A stretch of 64,000 nucleotides of DNA, from the NCBI GenBank assembly GCA_949285075.1, contig CASDXF010000008.1, forward strand, positions 29,559-93,558. The letters are read 5' to 3'. The first letter of the stretch is position 1, and the number at the start of each line of letters is the position of its first letter. Of this stretch, positions 30,682 to 42,328 are shown piece after piece. The translations under genes and the position numbers were made by a program. The DNA is from an uncultured Bacteroides sp. (lineage in GTDB: Bacteria > Bacteroidota > Bacteroidia > Bacteroidales > Bacteroidaceae). The notes below the pieces were generated by a model. That model saw nothing but the letters and a program-made list of their open reading frames with translations. It was not told the DNA's origin and made no database searches.

Positions 30682-32049
30682 TTATTCAAACGAACCCATA
30701 CGAAGGAAGTTTACTTCCGTCTCCGTCAGATAGCGCCAATCTCCTCGACGCAACCCTTTCTTCGTCAGTCCCGCAAAATAAACGCGGTCAAGCTTTACCA
30801 CCCGATAACCCAATGACTCAAAAATGCGGCGAACAATCCGATTTTTACCTGAATGTATTTCAATACCCACTTGGTTTTTCTTAGTCTCATCCGTATAGCT
30901 AATAGCGTCGGCATGAATTTCGCCGTCATCCAACTGAATTCCAGACGCAATACGGTCCATATCGGCTTGCTCCAAATCCTTATCCAAATGGACATGATAT
31001 ATTTTCTTCTTCAAATATTTCGGATGAGTCAACTTAGAGGCCAAGTCTCCATCATTCGTCAGCAGCAGCACACCTGTCGTATTGCGGTCTAAACGTCCAA
31101 CCGGATAAATACGTTCGGTACAAGCCCCTTTCACCAAATCCATCACCGTACGGCGGTCTTGCGGATCATCCGCTGTTGTAACCGTATCTTTAGGCTTGTT
31201 CAACAAGACGTAAATTTTACGTTCAATGCTCACTTGCTTATCACGGAACTTCACTATATCAGAACGCTTAATCTTTGTTCCCAACTCAGTCACAACCTCT
31301 CCATTTACAGAAACCACGCCCGACGTAATAAACTCATCAGCCTCACGGCGCGAACAAATTCCGGCGTTCGCAAGGTATTTATTCAACCTAATCGGCTCAT
31401 TCGGATCTACAAACTGCTCTTTGTACTCAATCTGTTTCTTTTTGCTATACTTAGCGTTCGGGTCATACCCGGCTGTACGTTGACGAGGAGCGCCTTGCTG
31501 ACGATTGTTCGGATTAGGCCGATAACCTTCTTCGTTATTATTATTCACGCGAGGACGGTAGGCGCGTTGCGGACGGTCACCTCTTTCACTATTCGCGTTA
31601 AAACGGGGACGGTAGGAGCGCTGTTCACCTCCTTCACCATTCGCGTTAAAACGGGGACGGTAGGAGCGCTGTTCACCTCCTTCACCATTCGCGTTAAAGC
31701 GGGGACGGTAGGAGCGCTGCTCACTTCCCTCACCATTCGCATTGAAGCGGGGACGGTAGGAACGTTGCGGACGTTCAGAACCCTCACCATTCGCGTTGAA
31801 GCGGGGACGGTAGGCGCGTTGCGGACGGTCAGAACCATCGCCATTCGCGTTGAAGCGGGGACGATAGGCGCGTTGCGGGCGGTCAGAACCCTCACCATTC
31901 GCGTTGAAGCGGGGACGGTAGGAACGCCGCTCACCTCCTTCACCATTAAAAGAACGATTATATCCACTAAATCTATTACCATCACGGTTTGTACCGGCAT
32001 TCTCTTCATTCAAAGAATTGTCACGCCATTCTTCGTTTTCTGTACTCAT
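30682..32049 (-). CDS. rluB: RluB/RsuA-family pseudouridine synthase with repetitive N-terminal extension
   Basis: S4 domain [17 protein letters not shown]; GRLDRNTTG catalytic Asp; start MSTENE. Confidence 0.9.
   Translation of the reverse strand: MSTENEEWRDNSLNEENAGTNRDGNRFSGYNRSFNGEGGERRSYRPRFNANGEGSDRPQRAYRPRFNANGDGSDRPQRAYRPRFNANGEGSERPQRSYRPRFNANGEGSEQRSYRPRFNANGEGGEQRSYRPRFNANGEGGEQRSYRPRFNANSERGDRPQRAYRPRVNNNNEEGYRPNPNNRQQGAPRQRTAGYDPNAKYSKKKQIEYKEQFVDPNEPIRLNKYLANAGICSRREADEFITSGVVSVNGEVVTELGTKIKRSDIVKFRDKQVSIERKIYVLLNKPKDTVTTADDPQDRRTVMDLVKGACTERIYPVGRLDRNTTGVLLLTNDGDLASKLTHPKYLKKKIYHVHLDKDLEQADMDRIASGIQLDDGEIHADAISYTDETKKNQVGIEIHSGKNRIVRRIFESLGYRVVKLDRVYFAGLTKKGLRRGDWRYLTETEVNFLRMGSFE
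31545..31950 (-). repeat. Coding tandem repeat, about 8 units of 54 or 48 bp (R[S/A][11 protein letters not shown]...)
   Basis: Unit starts near 31549, 31603, 31651, 31699, 31747, 31801, 31855, 31909. Confidence 0.9.
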
Positions 32050-32193
32050 GTTTTTTATTCGAATAAAATTAAAACTTGGCCTCACGGCCTGATTAAAAAT
32101 ACATTTATTAAACTATATATCGACAAGGTTTATGGCATCGATTTTCAACGGGCCATTCCTTATTTCATATAAACCATGTTACAAGTAGAAGCG

Positions 32194-33540
32194 TCAAACA
32201 CCCGTATATGTATGCGGAGTAATCATACGCAATTCTCTCTTGACATTCTCGTCCACGTCCAAGCCCTCAATAAAGTCCTTGATGGAAGCCTCCGTAATGG
32301 CTTGATTCGTCCTAGTCAGCGCCTTTAGAGCCTCGTATGGATGCGGATAAGCTTCGCGCCGTAAAATCGTTTGAATAGCTTCGGCCACCACACTCCAACA
32401 ATTGTCCAAATCACGGTAAATGGCCGGTTCATTAAGCAACAATTTGCGAAGTCCCTTCAATGAGCTCTGAATCGCAATAACAATATGTCCAAAAGGTACG
32501 CCGACATTACGCAACACCGTGGAATCGGTCAAGTCTCGCTGTAAACGGGACACGGGCAACTTTATCGCCAAATGCTCTAATATGGCGGTGGCGATACCCA
32601 AGTTCCCTTCCGCATTCTCAAAGTCAATCGGATTAACTTTATGAGGCATCGCGCTCGACCCCACCTCTCCGGCCTTAATCTTCTGCTTAAAATACTCCAT
32701 TGAAATGTATTGCCAGAAATCACGATTCATATCAATCATGATTGTGTTAATACGCTTCAACGCGTCGAATATCGCGGAAAGATTGTCATAATTAGAAATC
32801 TGAGTCGTATACTCTTCCCTCTCCAACCCCAACTTTTCTGAAACGAAACGGCTGCCAAAGGCCTTCCAGTCATAATCCGGATAAGCTACATGATGCGCGT
32901 TATAATTCCCCGTCGCTCCGCCAAACTTAGCGGTAATCGGGCAGGACTTCAATCCCGCCAATTGACGTTCCAAACGATAGACAAACACCATGATTTCCTT
33001 GCCCAAACGGGTCGGAGACGCCGGCTGCCCATGAGTCTTGGCAAGCATCGGTATATCCGCCCACTCCGTAGCGTACGTTTTCAGTTGCGCTATCAGCTCT
33101 TCCAACAAAGGATAATAAACGTTTGTCAGCGCTTCTTTAATGGAAAGAGGAACAGAAGTATTATTAATATCTTGAGAGGTCAAGCCAAAATGAATAAACT
33201 CTTTATAGCTATCCATCCCGCCCACCTTATCAAACTCTTCCTTCAAGAAATATTCGACAGCTTTTACGTCATGATTGGTCACGCTTTCAATAGCCTTTAT
33301 ACGCTGTGCATCCTCCTCAGAAAAGTTGCGGTAAATTTTCCGCAATATCTCAAAAACGCTCTTATCGAAATCTCTCAACTGCGGAAGCGGCAGCTCACAA
33401 AGGGCTATAAAATACTCCACCTCCACTTGTACACGATATTTAATCAGCGCGAACTCCGAAAAATAGTTTGCCAAAGATTCCGTCTTACCTCTATATCGGC
33501 CATCAATAGGAGATATAGCCGTCAAAGCATTAAGTTCCAT
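32194..33540 (-). CDS. purB: Adenylosuccinate lyase
   Basis: SPIDGRY, TNHDVKAVEY, THGQPA, GSSAMPHKVNPIDFEN. Confidence 0.97.
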   Translation of the reverse strand: MELNALTAISPIDGRYRGKTESLANYFSEFALIKYRVQVEVEYFIALCELPLPQLRDFDKSVFEILRKIYRNFSEEDAQRIKAIESVTNHDVKAVEYFLKEEFDKVGGMDSYKEFIHFGLTSQDINNTSVPLSIKEALTNVYYPLLEELIAQLKTYATEWADIPMLAKTHGQPASPTRLGKEIMVFVYRLERQLAGLKSCPITAKFGGATGNYNAHHVAYPDYDWKAFGSRFVSEKLGLEREEYTTQISNYDNLSAIFDALKRINTIMIDMNRDFWQYISMEYFKQKIKAGEVGSSAMPHKVNPIDFENAEGNLGIATAILEHLAIKLPVSRLQRDLTDSTVLRNVGVPFGHIVIAIQSSLKGLRKLLLNEPAIYRDLDNCWSVVAEAIQTILRREAYPHPYEALKALTRTNQAITEASIKDFIEGLDVDENVKRELRMITPHTYTGV

Positions 33541-33678
33541 AATGTCTTTAGATAATTAATAGTCGCGAAATTAGTTCTTTTTCCTGAGTTATAAGAAAAA
33601 CGAATAAGAAAGTAAAGCGATTTAAATTTATTTTTGTATTCCGTATTCAATCTATCGCATTAAAACACAGCGTACAAA

Positions 33679-33766
33679 ATAGAAGGCGTTCGTAGAAAGC
33701 ACGCGCGCTCCGCTGCCGTGAGAAGAAGCCAAGTCAAAAGGAAAAACGCCTGAACCGTCCTTCTTA
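33679..33766 (+). ncRNA. Candidate small SRP (4.5S) RNA
   Basis: Single long imperfect hairpin closed by AGAAGGCG-TTC/GAAC-CGTCCTTCT; apical GNRA (GTGA) followed by GAAGAAGCCAAG, resembling helix-8 GGAAGCAGCCAAG; TAnnTTTG at 33629-33636. Confidence 0.45.
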
Positions 33767-33937
33767 TACACACATTATTATATTTCCATGCGTTAACGCC
33801 CCGCCTCTGACCCCCGGCATAGACAAACGCCAGACTATAAACCGACGGAAGAGCCCGAGATAAAAGCACGCCTAAACTTTACCGGAATTTATTTAGCTTC
33901 TCCCGGAAAACGCATTCCTGAAAATGGAGAACTTTGT

Positions 33938-34495
33938 AGAATCTTAAAAACAGACCATTCTGAAAAACGGGACATTCTACACGTCCAGAAACGCGATAAT
34001 TCCGACCGGAAGACGGCTTGGACGGAAAGAACGCGATGTAGAGGAATTAGTAAAATTCAGGATATCAGTGAAAGCCCTATAAAAGTAACGTTTTTATAAT
34101 TACTTCAACAAAATTCAGACTTATTGTTCAGATATCAACCCATAAGGTATAATATAGTCATTTCTTTTCCGCTCAGAAAATCCATTCAATTAAGAGCTGA
34201 AAAACGTAAATTCCCCACTTGATTCAATCCGAAAGGCTCCCGATTTTGTTGGACAGGGCTACGGGACGCGAGCGGTTGGGCAGCGCCTCCGGAGAAACAG
34301 CCCTACGGCTCGCATAAAATGGGACTACGCCTCACATCCGATTCCCATTTCCGAAAGCTTCCGGAAGCGCATATTACGCAATTTTATTCCCAAAATATAC
34401 GGTTTTCACCCGTTTTTTACACTATCTGTCCACCTAAAACGACATTTTCAGCGAGTCTTTTTTTGCGGAAAATCTTAAAAACAGACCATTTTCCC
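33938..34495 (+). repeat. Long intergenic repeat element, copy 2
   Basis: ATCTTAAAAACAGACCAT at 33941 and 34472, the same 531-bp spacing as copy 1; co-linear interior. Confidence 0.8.
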
Positions 34496-34591
34496 TATGG
34501 AGAAACGACGCCAGACGCATAGCTTCAAAAGCTCTTTCCATGAAGCGGTCGTCCACTCTCCTCGCCGAGTCGGTAAAAACGGAACGGGGAC

Positions 34592-34628
34592 AAAAAAAGG
34601 CCCTTGCCCGCTTGGACAAGAGCCTTTT
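34592..34628 (-). terminator. Terminator downstream of tRNA-Gln
   Basis: A-tract plus AAAAGG-CCCTTG-C...G-ACAAGAG-CCTTTT stem. Confidence 0.65.
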
Positions 34629-34651
34629 CGTCTACAACTACAACTGATTTG

Positions 34652-34722
34652 TTGGGCTACCTGGACTCGAACCAGGAATGACAGGACCAGAATCTGTAGT
34701 GTTACCATTACACCATAGCCCA
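34652..34722 (-). tRNA. tRNA-Gln(CTG)
   Basis: TGGGCTA/TAGCCCA acceptor stem, ACAGA-TT-CTG-GT-CCTGT anticodon arm, GGTTCGAGTCC T-loop; CCA not encoded. Confidence 0.96.
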
Positions 34723-34978
34723 CTCTCTTTTCGTTTTCGGGCGCAAAGATACAAAGTTTTTTGTTGTTCCCACAACAATTACAATGTTTTTTTGCAAAAA
34801 AATCTTCAATCGGCTATCCAATGCGAAAGTACTCCCCTAAAAAAGAAAAAAATTAAGTCACAACTTTCTTGCATCCAACAATTCAACGTATCTTTGTCAA
34901 AAATATCCTGATTATAAACAATAGAGCATTTTTATAAGCCTCAGGCAGAGGCTTCAATTTATTAATCTCAATCAAAGA

Positions 34979-35338
34979 ATGGACGAAACGAAGAACTTAA
35001 TTGAAAGAATAAAAGAAGGAATTCAAGAAAAAAAAGGTAAAAACATCATTATTGCCGACTTAACGAATATAGAAGATACTATCTGTCAATATTTTATCAT
35101 TTGTCAAGGCAACTCTCCCGCACAAATAAACGCAATTGTTGAATCCATAAAAGAATCCGTACGAAAAGGCACAAACAGCAAGCCATTCGCTATTGACGGA
35201 CTACGCAATGCCCAATGGGTAGCTATGGATTACGCCAACGTCTTGGTACATGTCTTTCAGCCGGAAGTCAGAGCTTTCTATAACTTGGAAAATCTTTGGG
35301 CTGACGCCAAATTGACAAGAATCCCAGATTTAGACTAA
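34979..35338 (+). CDS. rsfS: Ribosome silencing factor
   Basis: EKKGKNI, YFIICQGNS, WVAMDY, FYNLENLW. Confidence 0.95.
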   Translation: MDETKNLIERIKEGIQEKKGKNIIIADLTNIEDTICQYFIICQGNSPAQINAIVESIKESVRKGTNSKPFAIDGLRNAQWVAMDYANVLVHVFQPEVRAFYNLENLWADAKLTRIPDLD

Positions 35339-35346
35339 ATGTGTTT

Positions 35347-37389
35347 ATGGAAAATAAGAACCTCAATTCAAACAACAAGCCAAACAACAAGGTTAATATG
35401 CCCAAGTTTAACCTAAATTGGATGTATCTAATCATCACCCTTATGCTTATTGCCCTATGGTGGGGAGGTGATTCAAAAAGCGGAACCAGCAAATCCGTAT
35501 CTTACAGTGAATTCCAAGAATACGTAAGGAAAGGATATGTTCAAAAAGTATTGGGATATGAAGATAAAACCGTTGAAGCTTATATAAAGCCAGAGTCTGT
35601 AAGCTCAGTTTTTGGAAAAGACTCGGTTAGAGTCGGGAAGAGCGCGTTCGTCACTTGTAACTCTCCTTCCAATGACAGCTTAAACAGTTTCCTAGAAGAA
35701 GAAAAAGGAAAGGGTAACGCTGTTTCTTACGACTATCCCCAGAGTTCTAACATATTCTCCATCATCTTGCTTAATTCGCTTCCACTGATTATAATTGTCG
35801 CTCTATGGATATTCTTTATGCGCAGAATGAGCGGCGGCGCAGGCGCCGGTGGCGGAGGAGTATTTAACGTAGGAAAGTCAAGAGCGCAGCTGTTCGAAAA
35901 AGGAGGAGCCATAAAAGTCACGTTTAAGGATGTGGCGGGACTCGCCGAGGCAAAACAAGAAGTAGAAGAAATAGTAGAATTTCTGAAAGAGCCTCAAAAA
36001 TATACGGATTTAGGAGGAAAAATTCCAAAGGGAGCACTATTGGTAGGCCCCCCGGGAACAGGAAAAACCCTGTTGGCCAAAGCCGTAGCGGGAGAAGCCA
36101 ATGTTCCGTTCTTCTCATTGGCCGGCTCTGACTTTGTAGAGATGTTCGTTGGCGTGGGAGCCTCCCGCGTACGTGACTTATTCAAACAGGCTAAAGAGAA
36201 AGCTCCGTGTATCGTTTTCATAGATGAAATCGACGCCGTAGGTAGGGCGCGCGGAAAGAACCCCGCAATGGGCGGAAATGATGAACGGGAGAATACCCTA
36301 AACCAGTTGCTGACGGAGATGGATGGCTTTGGCTCTAATAGCGGAGTAATAATTCTTGCCGCGACCAACCGTGTTGACGTCTTAGACAAAGCCCTATTAC
36401 GCGCAGGACGCTTCGACAGGCAAATACATGTAGATTTACCAGATTTAAACGAACGGAAAGAAGTATTTGGCGTTCATTTGCGTCCCATAAAAATAGACAG
36501 CAGCGTCGATGTGGACTTGCTAGCACGCCAAACTCCCGGATTCTCTGGAGCGGACATCGCTAATGTCTGCAATGAAGCCGCCCTAATCGCCGCGCGGCAT
36601 GGAAAAAAGTTTGTTAGTAAACAAGACTTCTTAGATGCGGTAGACCGTATTATTGGAGGGCTAGAGAAAAAGACAAAGATTACCACTGAGGCGGAACGCC
36701 GTTCTATAGCCCTGCACGAAGCGGGCCACGCAACCATATCTTGGCTACTGGAATATGCTAATCCGTTGATCAAGGTGACTATTGTTCCGCGAGGAAGGGC
36801 ATTAGGAGCGGCGTGGTATCTACCGGAAGAACGGCAAATCACGACAAAGGAACAGATGCTTGACGAAATGTGCGCTACTTTAGGCGGGCGAGCGGCGGAA
36901 GACTTGTTCCTCGGGCATATCTCTACCGGAGCGATGAACGATTTGGAGAAAGTCACCAAGCAAGCTTATGGAATGATCGCTTATCTGGGCATGAGCGAAA
37001 AGTTGCCTAACCTTTGCTATTATAATAATGATGAATATTCTTTCAATAAGCCATATAGCGAAAAGACCGCCGAACTTATCGACGAAGAAGCTAAACAGAT
37101 TATCAATGAGCAATATGAACGGGCTAAGCAAATACTGTCCGAGCATAAAGAGGGGCATAAAGAATTGACCCAACTGCTGATTGACAAGGAGGTTATTTTC
37201 GCTGAAGACGTTGAGCGCATATTCGGCAAACGTCCATGGGCTTCCCGTTCAGAAGAGATTATGGCTATAAAGGAAAATAAAGCCGCCGAAAACGCCAAAG
37301 AAGCCAATGAAGAGAAAAAAGAAGATGATAATGAATCAAAGATTCAAGATGAATCTAAGAAAGAGAACCAAAACGAAGTTGACAATTGA
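35347..37389 (+). CDS. ftsH: ATP-dependent zinc metalloprotease FtsH
   Basis: Two TM helices, [19 protein letters not shown]. Confidence 0.97.
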   Translation: MENKNLNSNNKPNNKVNMPKFNLNWMYLIITLMLIALWWGGDSKSGTSKSVSYSEFQEYVRKGYVQKVLGYEDKTVEAYIKPESVSSVFGKDSVRVGKSAFVTCNSPSNDSLNSFLEEEKGKGNAVSYDYPQSSNIFSIILLNSLPLIIIVALWIFFMRRMSGGAGAGGGGVFNVGKSRAQLFEKGGAIKVTFKDVAGLAEAKQEVEEIVEFLKEPQKYTDLGGKIPKGALLVGPPGTGKTLLAKAVAGEANVPFFSLAGSDFVEMFVGVGASRVRDLFKQAKEKAPCIVFIDEIDAVGRARGKNPAMGGNDERENTLNQLLTEMDGFGSNSGVIILAATNRVDVLDKALLRAGRFDRQIHVDLPDLNERKEVFGVHLRPIKIDSSVDVDLLARQTPGFSGADIANVCNEAALIAARHGKKFVSKQDFLDAVDRIIGGLEKKTKITTEAERRSIALHEAGHATISWLLEYANPLIKVTIVPRGRALGAAWYLPEERQITTKEQMLDEMCATLGGRAAEDLFLGHISTGAMNDLEKVTKQAYGMIAYLGMSEKLPNLCYYNNDEYSFNKPYSEKTAELIDEEAKQIINEQYERAKQILSEHKEGHKELTQLLIDKEVIFAEDVERIFGKRPWASRSEEIMAIKENKAAENAKEANEEKKEDDNESKIQDESKKENQNEVDN

Positions 37390-37411
37390 ACCTTTTTAAC
37401 GCGTAAAGATT

Positions 37412-38248
37412 TTGAAAAGTAATTTCATAAAGCGGAGCATCACGGGAATTCTATTCGTTGCCGTTCTAGTCGGATGTATTCTATACGGAACCGTGAGTTT
37501 TGGCATTCTTTTTACCATTGTTTGCGCATTAACGATATTCGAATTCGGGAAATTAGTTAACGCCAATGTAAAGGAAGCTAATATAAACAGGTTCATATGT
37601 ATGATAGGAGGAGCTTATCTTTTCTTGTCCTTTATGGTTCTTTGCACTGAAACGGTAAGCCTCGCTATCTTTATTCCATATCTATTCATATTGCTTTACC
37701 TATTGATAAGCGAGCTGTATTTAAAGAGAGAGAATCCGACACTCAACTGGGCCTACTCGACGCTAAGCCAATTGTATATCGGATTGCCGTTCGCCTTACT
37801 GAACGTGTTGGCTTATCATACAGACCCGGAATCAACCGGCATCACCTATAATCCGGTGCTTCCCTTATCCATCTTCATCTTTCTATGGTGCAGTGATACG
37901 GGAGCTTATTGCATCGGTTCATTAATAGGTAAGCACCGTTTGTTCGAGCGTATCTCTCCAAAGAAATCTTGGGAAGGCTCTATAGGCGGAGGGGTTGTAG
38001 CCATTGGAGGAGCACTCATTATCGCCCATTTCTTCACTTTCATGTCTACGGCAGAGTGGATTGGATTGGCCTTGACCGTAGTGATTTTCGGGACATGGGG
38101 TGACCTGACGGAATCACTGCTGAAACGTCAGCTCCACGTAAAAGATTCCGGAAACATTCTCCCGGGACACGGCGGAATGCTTGACCGATTTGACAGCGCC
38201 TTGATGGCGATTCCGGCCGCGGTAATCTATTTGCATGTAATCAGTTAG
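37412..38248 (+). CDS. cdsA: Phosphatidate cytidylyltransferase
   Basis: SPKKSWEG, GDLTES..KR...KDSG..LPGHGG.LDRFD. Confidence 0.95.
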   Translation: MKSNFIKRSITGILFVAVLVGCILYGTVSFGILFTIVCALTIFEFGKLVNANVKEANINRFICMIGGAYLFLSFMVLCTETVSLAIFIPYLFILLYLLISELYLKRENPTLNWAYSTLSQLYIGLPFALLNVLAYHTDPESTGITYNPVLPLSIFIFLWCSDTGAYCIGSLIGKHRLFERISPKKSWEGSIGGGVVAIGGALIIAHFFTFMSTAEWIGLALTVVIFGTWGDLTESLLKRQLHVKDSGNILPGHGGMLDRFDSALMAIPAAVIYLHVIS

Positions 38249-38266
38249 CCTCAAGAGAGCATAATA

Positions 38267-38312
38267 ATAAAGTAAGCGAGAAAGAGCGATACGCTCTTTC
38301 CCGCTTACTTTA
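38267..38312. terminator. Bidirectional terminator between cdsA and the NigD-like gene
   Basis: TAAAGTAAGCG-AGAAAGAGCG-ata-CGCTCTTTCC-CGCTTACTTTA. Confidence 0.85.
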
Positions 38313-38328
38313 TACCAACTTAACCTCT

Positions 38329-39156
38329 TTATCTCACAAAAGACGACACTTCATGTACTTCCTTCGCTTTTTCGGGAACGCCTACCGGATGATCAAGGTC
38401 AAGGACGACAATTACTCCTTCTCCATTCTCCTTTGAGTGAATCTTAACCTTAAATCCCTTCATCTCAGCGCTACCGCTCTCGTCCGTAGGATAAAAATCT
38501 TCCAAATTATAAGATACGAATCCCCAAGTCGCCTGATTAGTGACATCGTTATAGGTGTTATAACGTAACTCTAAGTTAACGTATCCATCAGCATCCAACT
38601 CTACATTTCCTCCTTCTGTCTCATCACCAGAAGTCCCCTCCTCGCCGTCGTCAGCCGAAACGCTTGAGGAAGTATCCACTTTATTCTGCACAAGGCTAAT
38701 ACGGTGCTTCTCGGAAGCGGGCAAACTCTGTTTGAAAATAAGATTCAGATATTTTCCTCCAAGCCACATATCCCCTTCATAGATTACGATGGGATCATTA
38801 CCGTACTCAGCTTCATTCTCAGCGGTCATCGTTTCCACTGACTTTGTCAGCACATCCTGAATGCCCTTTACATTGACCTGCACGCCGCCTTCAATATTCG
38901 CCAACGGGTCAAAATAAGCCACTACTCTTTGCCCGTCTACCGGACGATACCACGGAATTGTCGTTTGTATCGGAACAATCGTCCCATAATTATCTCCATC
39001 CAAGTAGTATCCACCTCCCCCAGTAGCATGTACCGTAGCCCAATCCCAACTGGAAGCCGGATAAAATATCACATACTCATCATCGTCGTCACAAGACTGC
39101 AACGCGGGCGCTAACGCCAACAATAACATCAGGAAAATCCAATTAAATTTTTTCAT
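38329..39156 (-). CDS. NigD-like lipoprotein
   Basis: Lipobox LQSC followed by DDDD; GQRVVAYF, YGNDP, YLNL, HRISLV, LELRYN; start trimmed to MKKFNW. Confidence 0.85.
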   Translation of the reverse strand: MKKFNWIFLMLLLALAPALQSCDDDDEYVIFYPASSWDWATVHATGGGGYYLDGDNYGTIVPIQTTIPWYRPVDGQRVVAYFDPLANIEGGVQVNVKGIQDVLTKSVETMTAENEAEYGNDPIVIYEGDMWLGGKYLNLIFKQSLPASEKHRISLVQNKVDTSSSVSADDGEEGTSGDETEGGNVELDADGYVNLELRYNTYNDVTNQATWGFVSYNLEDFYPTDESGSAEMKGFKVKIHSKENGEGVIVVLDLDHPVGVPEKAKEVHEVSSFVR

Positions 39157-39323
39157 AATATATCTTTTTTCTGGTTTATATCTGCCCAATAAACGGAACA
39201 GCCACCCTTTTACTGCATGACTTTCGCATTTATTCAGAAATAGAAGCCTATTTTTAGACCCCGCTTTAAGCTTCTCCGGCATCAACCCGTCACGTCATCA
39301 TGTCTGCTCACAGGAATCATCTC

Positions 39324-39538
39324 CATACCGTACGGATACAAGTTTACAGTCGTACGGATACAAGTTCATAGCCGTACGGATACAAGTTCATAGCCGTACG
39401 GGTACAAGTTCATAACCGTACGGATACAAGTTCATAGCCGTACGGATACAAGTTGGCAGCCGTACGGGTACAAGTTCATAGCCGTACGGATACAAGTTCA
39501 TAGCCGTACGGATATAAGTTCATAGCCGTACGGATACA
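39324..39538. repeat. Tandem array of 10 x 22 bp (consensus CATAGCCGTACGGATACAAGTT)
   Basis: CGTACG at 39329, 39351, 39373, 39395, 39417, 39439, 39461, 39483, 39505, 39527. Confidence 0.95.
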
Positions 39539-39572
39539 AAAAGAGGGCATGCCAAAACATTGGCATACCCTC
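39538..39572 (-). terminator. alaS terminator
   Basis: A-tract plus GAGGGCATGCCAA-aaca-TTGGCATACCCTC. Confidence 0.75.
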
Positions 39573-39614
39573 AACAGATAACAGATTCCTATAACAGTAT
39601 TAAAGTTCCACGGT

Positions 39615-42233
39615 TTAAATGCCCGCCAGTTCCAACACCTTATCGACCGCGGCGCTCAAGCCGTCGGGATTCTTTCCTCCGGCCGTAGCGAAATGCGGTT
39701 GGCCTCCACCACCGCCTTGTATCAGCTTGGCCGCCTCCTTGACCAGAGCGCCCGCCTTCAATCCGCCGGCAACAAGGTTATCGCTAATCATCACGGTCAG
39801 CGTCGGCTTGCCGTTGTCTACGGTTCCCGCGACAAAGAAGAAATTCTCTACAATCTCGCCACGAAGCTGAAAGGCGATGTTCTTTATCATCTCGGCCGGA
39901 AGCGGAGCGCAGAACTTTATCACCTTCACCCCGTTGATTTCCTGAGCGCCCTTACGCAAGGTTTCTTTCAGAGTGGCTTCTTTCTCCTTCATGAAATCCT
40001 CTACCTGCTTCTTCAGGCCCGCGTTCTCCTCAATGTATTTGCGGATAGCGATTTTAAGGTCGGGAGCGTTATTAAAGAGCGCCCTCAGGTCGCTCAACGT
40101 ATCCTGAATCTTATCGAGCATCTCCTCTACCCGAGCCCCCGTACAGGCTTCTATACGGCGGACTCCCGCCGCGACCGAGCTTTCGGAAAGGATTCTTATC
40201 ATGCCAATGTTACCGGTAGCCGCCACGTGCGTACCTCCACAAAACTCGATAGACGAGCCGAACTGGATGACACGTACCCGCTCGCCATACTTTTCTCCAA
40301 ACAAGGCGATGGCTCCCAATTCCCGGGCTTCGTCGATAGGAATGTCGCGGTATTCTTTCAGAGGAATATTCGCCCGTATCTTAGCGTTCACCAGATGCTC
40401 GACCTTACGCAGCTCCTCGTCCGTCACTTTCTGGAAATGAGAAAAGTCGAAGCGCAAGGCGTCCGGCGTAACCAACGACCCCTTTTGCTCCACGTGTCCG
40501 CCCAATACTTCACGCAACGCCTCATCCAGTAAATGAGTGGCCGAGTGATTGGCGGCGCAAGCGGCGCGCTTCTCTACGTCTACGCAAGCCATCATCGGAG
40601 CTTCCGGACGCTGAGGCAGCTTCTTAGTAATGTGTATAGGAAGATTATTCTCTTTCTTCGTATCGACAACCTCAATCGTTTCAAACTCGCTAACCAATAC
40701 GCCTGTATCGCCCACCTGTCCTCCGCTTTCCGCATAGAAAGGCGTACAGTCAAGCACAATCTGGTACAAGACCTGATTCTTCTGCTTAATCTGCCGATAA
40801 CGCAATATCGAAGTCTCGTATTCCGTATAGTCGTATCCGACGAACTCGGTCGTACCTTCTTTCAAGACAATCCAATCACCAGTCTCAACGGAAGCGGCGT
40901 TACGGGCACGTTGTTTCTGCGACTGCATCTCCTCGTTGAACTCTACGATATTGACGGTCATTCCATTTTCGCGTAAAATCAGCTCCGTCAAGTCAAGCGG
41001 AAAGCCAAACGTGTCATATAGCGTAAACGCGTCTTTTCCGCTGATTTCCGTCTTGCCGTTGCTCCTAGTTTCCTCCATCGTTTTGTCCAACAAGCGGATA
41101 CCTGTCTCCAACGTACGCAGAAAGGCTTCTTCTTCCTCCTTGATAACCTTTTCAATCAATGTCTTTTGAGCGATCAACTCCGGATAGGCCTCACCCATAC
41201 TGTCAATCAACACTGGAAGCAACTTATACATAAACGCCTGCTTCTGTCCGAGGAACGTATAACCGTAACGGACCGCCCGACGAAGAATACGACGAATCAC
41301 ATACCCCGCCTTAGCGTTTGAGGGTAATTGTCCGTCCGTAATGGAAAAAGCGATAGTACGGATGTGATCGGCAATCACACGCATAGCCACATCCTTTTTC
41401 TCTTCTTTTCCGTATTCGGTTCCCGCCATCTGAGCTATAGCCTTTATCATCGGCTGAAATACGTCCGTATCATAATTGGACGTCTTTCCCTGTAACGCCA
41501 TGCACAAGCGCTCGAATCCCATTCCCGTATCGATAACCTTCGCGGGAAGCGGTTCAAGCATACCGTCCGCCTTACGGTTATATTGCATAAACACAAGATT
41601 CCATATCTCGATTACCTGCGGATGGTCACGGTTCACCAAGTCACGCCCCGCTACCTTCGCCCGTTCTTCCGCCGGACGAAGATCTATATGAATTTCCGAA
41701 CAAGGCCCACAGGGACCCGTATCACCCATTTCCCAGAAATTGTCATGTTTATTACCATTTATAATATGGTCTTTGGGCAAATACCGCTCCCAATAAGAAG
41801 CCGCCTCATCGTCACGACTCAATCCCTCTTCCGGACTTCCTTCAAATACTGTAGCGTAAAGATTAGCGGGATCCAACTTCAGTACGTCTACCAAGTATTC
41901 CCAAGCCCAAGCGATAGCCTCTTTCTTAAAGTAATCGCCGAACGACCAGTTACCCAACATTTCGAACATAGTATGATGGTACGTGTCACGGCCCACTTCC
42001 TCCAAATCATTATGTTTTCCGCTTACACGTAAACATTTCTGCGAATCTGCGACCCTTTGATATTTAGCGGGGTGATTACCTAATATAATATCCTTAAATT
42101 GATTCATACCCGCATTAGTGAACATCAGGGTAGGATCGTCTTTTATAACCATCGGAGCCGAGGGAACTATATGATGCCCTTTTGACTCGAAGAAATTCTT
42201 GAATGAATCTCTAATTTCTTTTGCAGTCAACAT
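39615..42233 (-). CDS. alaS: Alanine--tRNA ligase
   Basis: [49 protein letters not shown]1; start trimmed to MLTAKE. Confidence 0.98.
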   Translation of the reverse strand: MLTAKEIRDSFKNFFESKGHHIVPSAPMVIKDDPTLMFTNAGMNQFKDIILGNHPAKYQRVADSQKCLRVSGKHNDLEEVGRDTYHHTMFEMLGNWSFGDYFKKEAIAWAWEYLVDVLKLDPANLYATVFEGSPEEGLSRDDEAASYWERYLPKDHIINGNKHDNFWEMGDTGPCGPCSEIHIDLRPAEERAKVAGRDLVNRDHPQVIEIWNLVFMQYNRKADGMLEPLPAKVIDTGMGFERLCMALQGKTSNYDTDVFQPMIKAIAQMAGTEYGKEEKKDVAMRVIADHIRTIAFSITDGQLPSNAKAGYVIRRILRRAVRYGYTFLGQKQAFMYKLLPVLIDSMGEAYPELIAQKTLIEKVIKEEEEAFLRTLETGIRLLDKTMEETRSNGKTEISGKDAFTLYDTFGFPLDLTELILRENGMTVNIVEFNEEMQSQKQRARNAASVETGDWIVLKEGTTEFVGYDYTEYETSILRYRQIKQKNQVLYQIVLDCTPFYAESGGQVGDTGVLVSEFETIEVVDTKKENNLPIHITKKLPQRPEAPMMACVDVEKRAACAANHSATHLLDEALREVLGGHVEQKGSLVTPDALRFDFSHFQKVTDEELRKVEHLVNAKIRANIPLKEYRDIPIDEARELGAIALFGEKYGERVRVIQFGSSIEFCGGTHVAATGNIGMIRILSESSVAAGVRRIEACTGARVEEMLDKIQDTLSDLRALFNNAPDLKIAIRKYIEENAGLKKQVEDFMKEKEATLKETLRKGAQEINGVKVIKFCAPLPAEMIKNIAFQLRGEIVENFFFVAGTVDNGKPTLTVMISDNLVAGGLKAGALVKEAAKLIQGGGGGQPHFATAGGKNPDGLSAAVDKVLELAGI

Positions 42234-42328
42234 ATTATTCAAATGGGTTAATATTCTCAAAAAACATCGCAAAGATAGCCTGTTTTTATTACTTTTGTCG
42301 CATTGTTGAGTGAAATATTTCCAAAAAG

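Noticed and set aside
31159-32172. 337-aa + strand ORF with [11 protein letters not shown] repeats, and the 154-aa alternate-frame ORF at 31545-32009
   Set aside because: Antisense and alternate-frame readings of the rluB coding repeat.
24604-34722. Integrative element spanning the integrase to tRNA-Gln
   Set aside because: The interval holds essential ribosomal and tRNA-ligase genes, and no duplicated tRNA 3' end was seen.
39324-39538. CRISPR array
   Set aside because: Units are contiguous 22-mers with no unique spacers, and there are no cas genes in the window.
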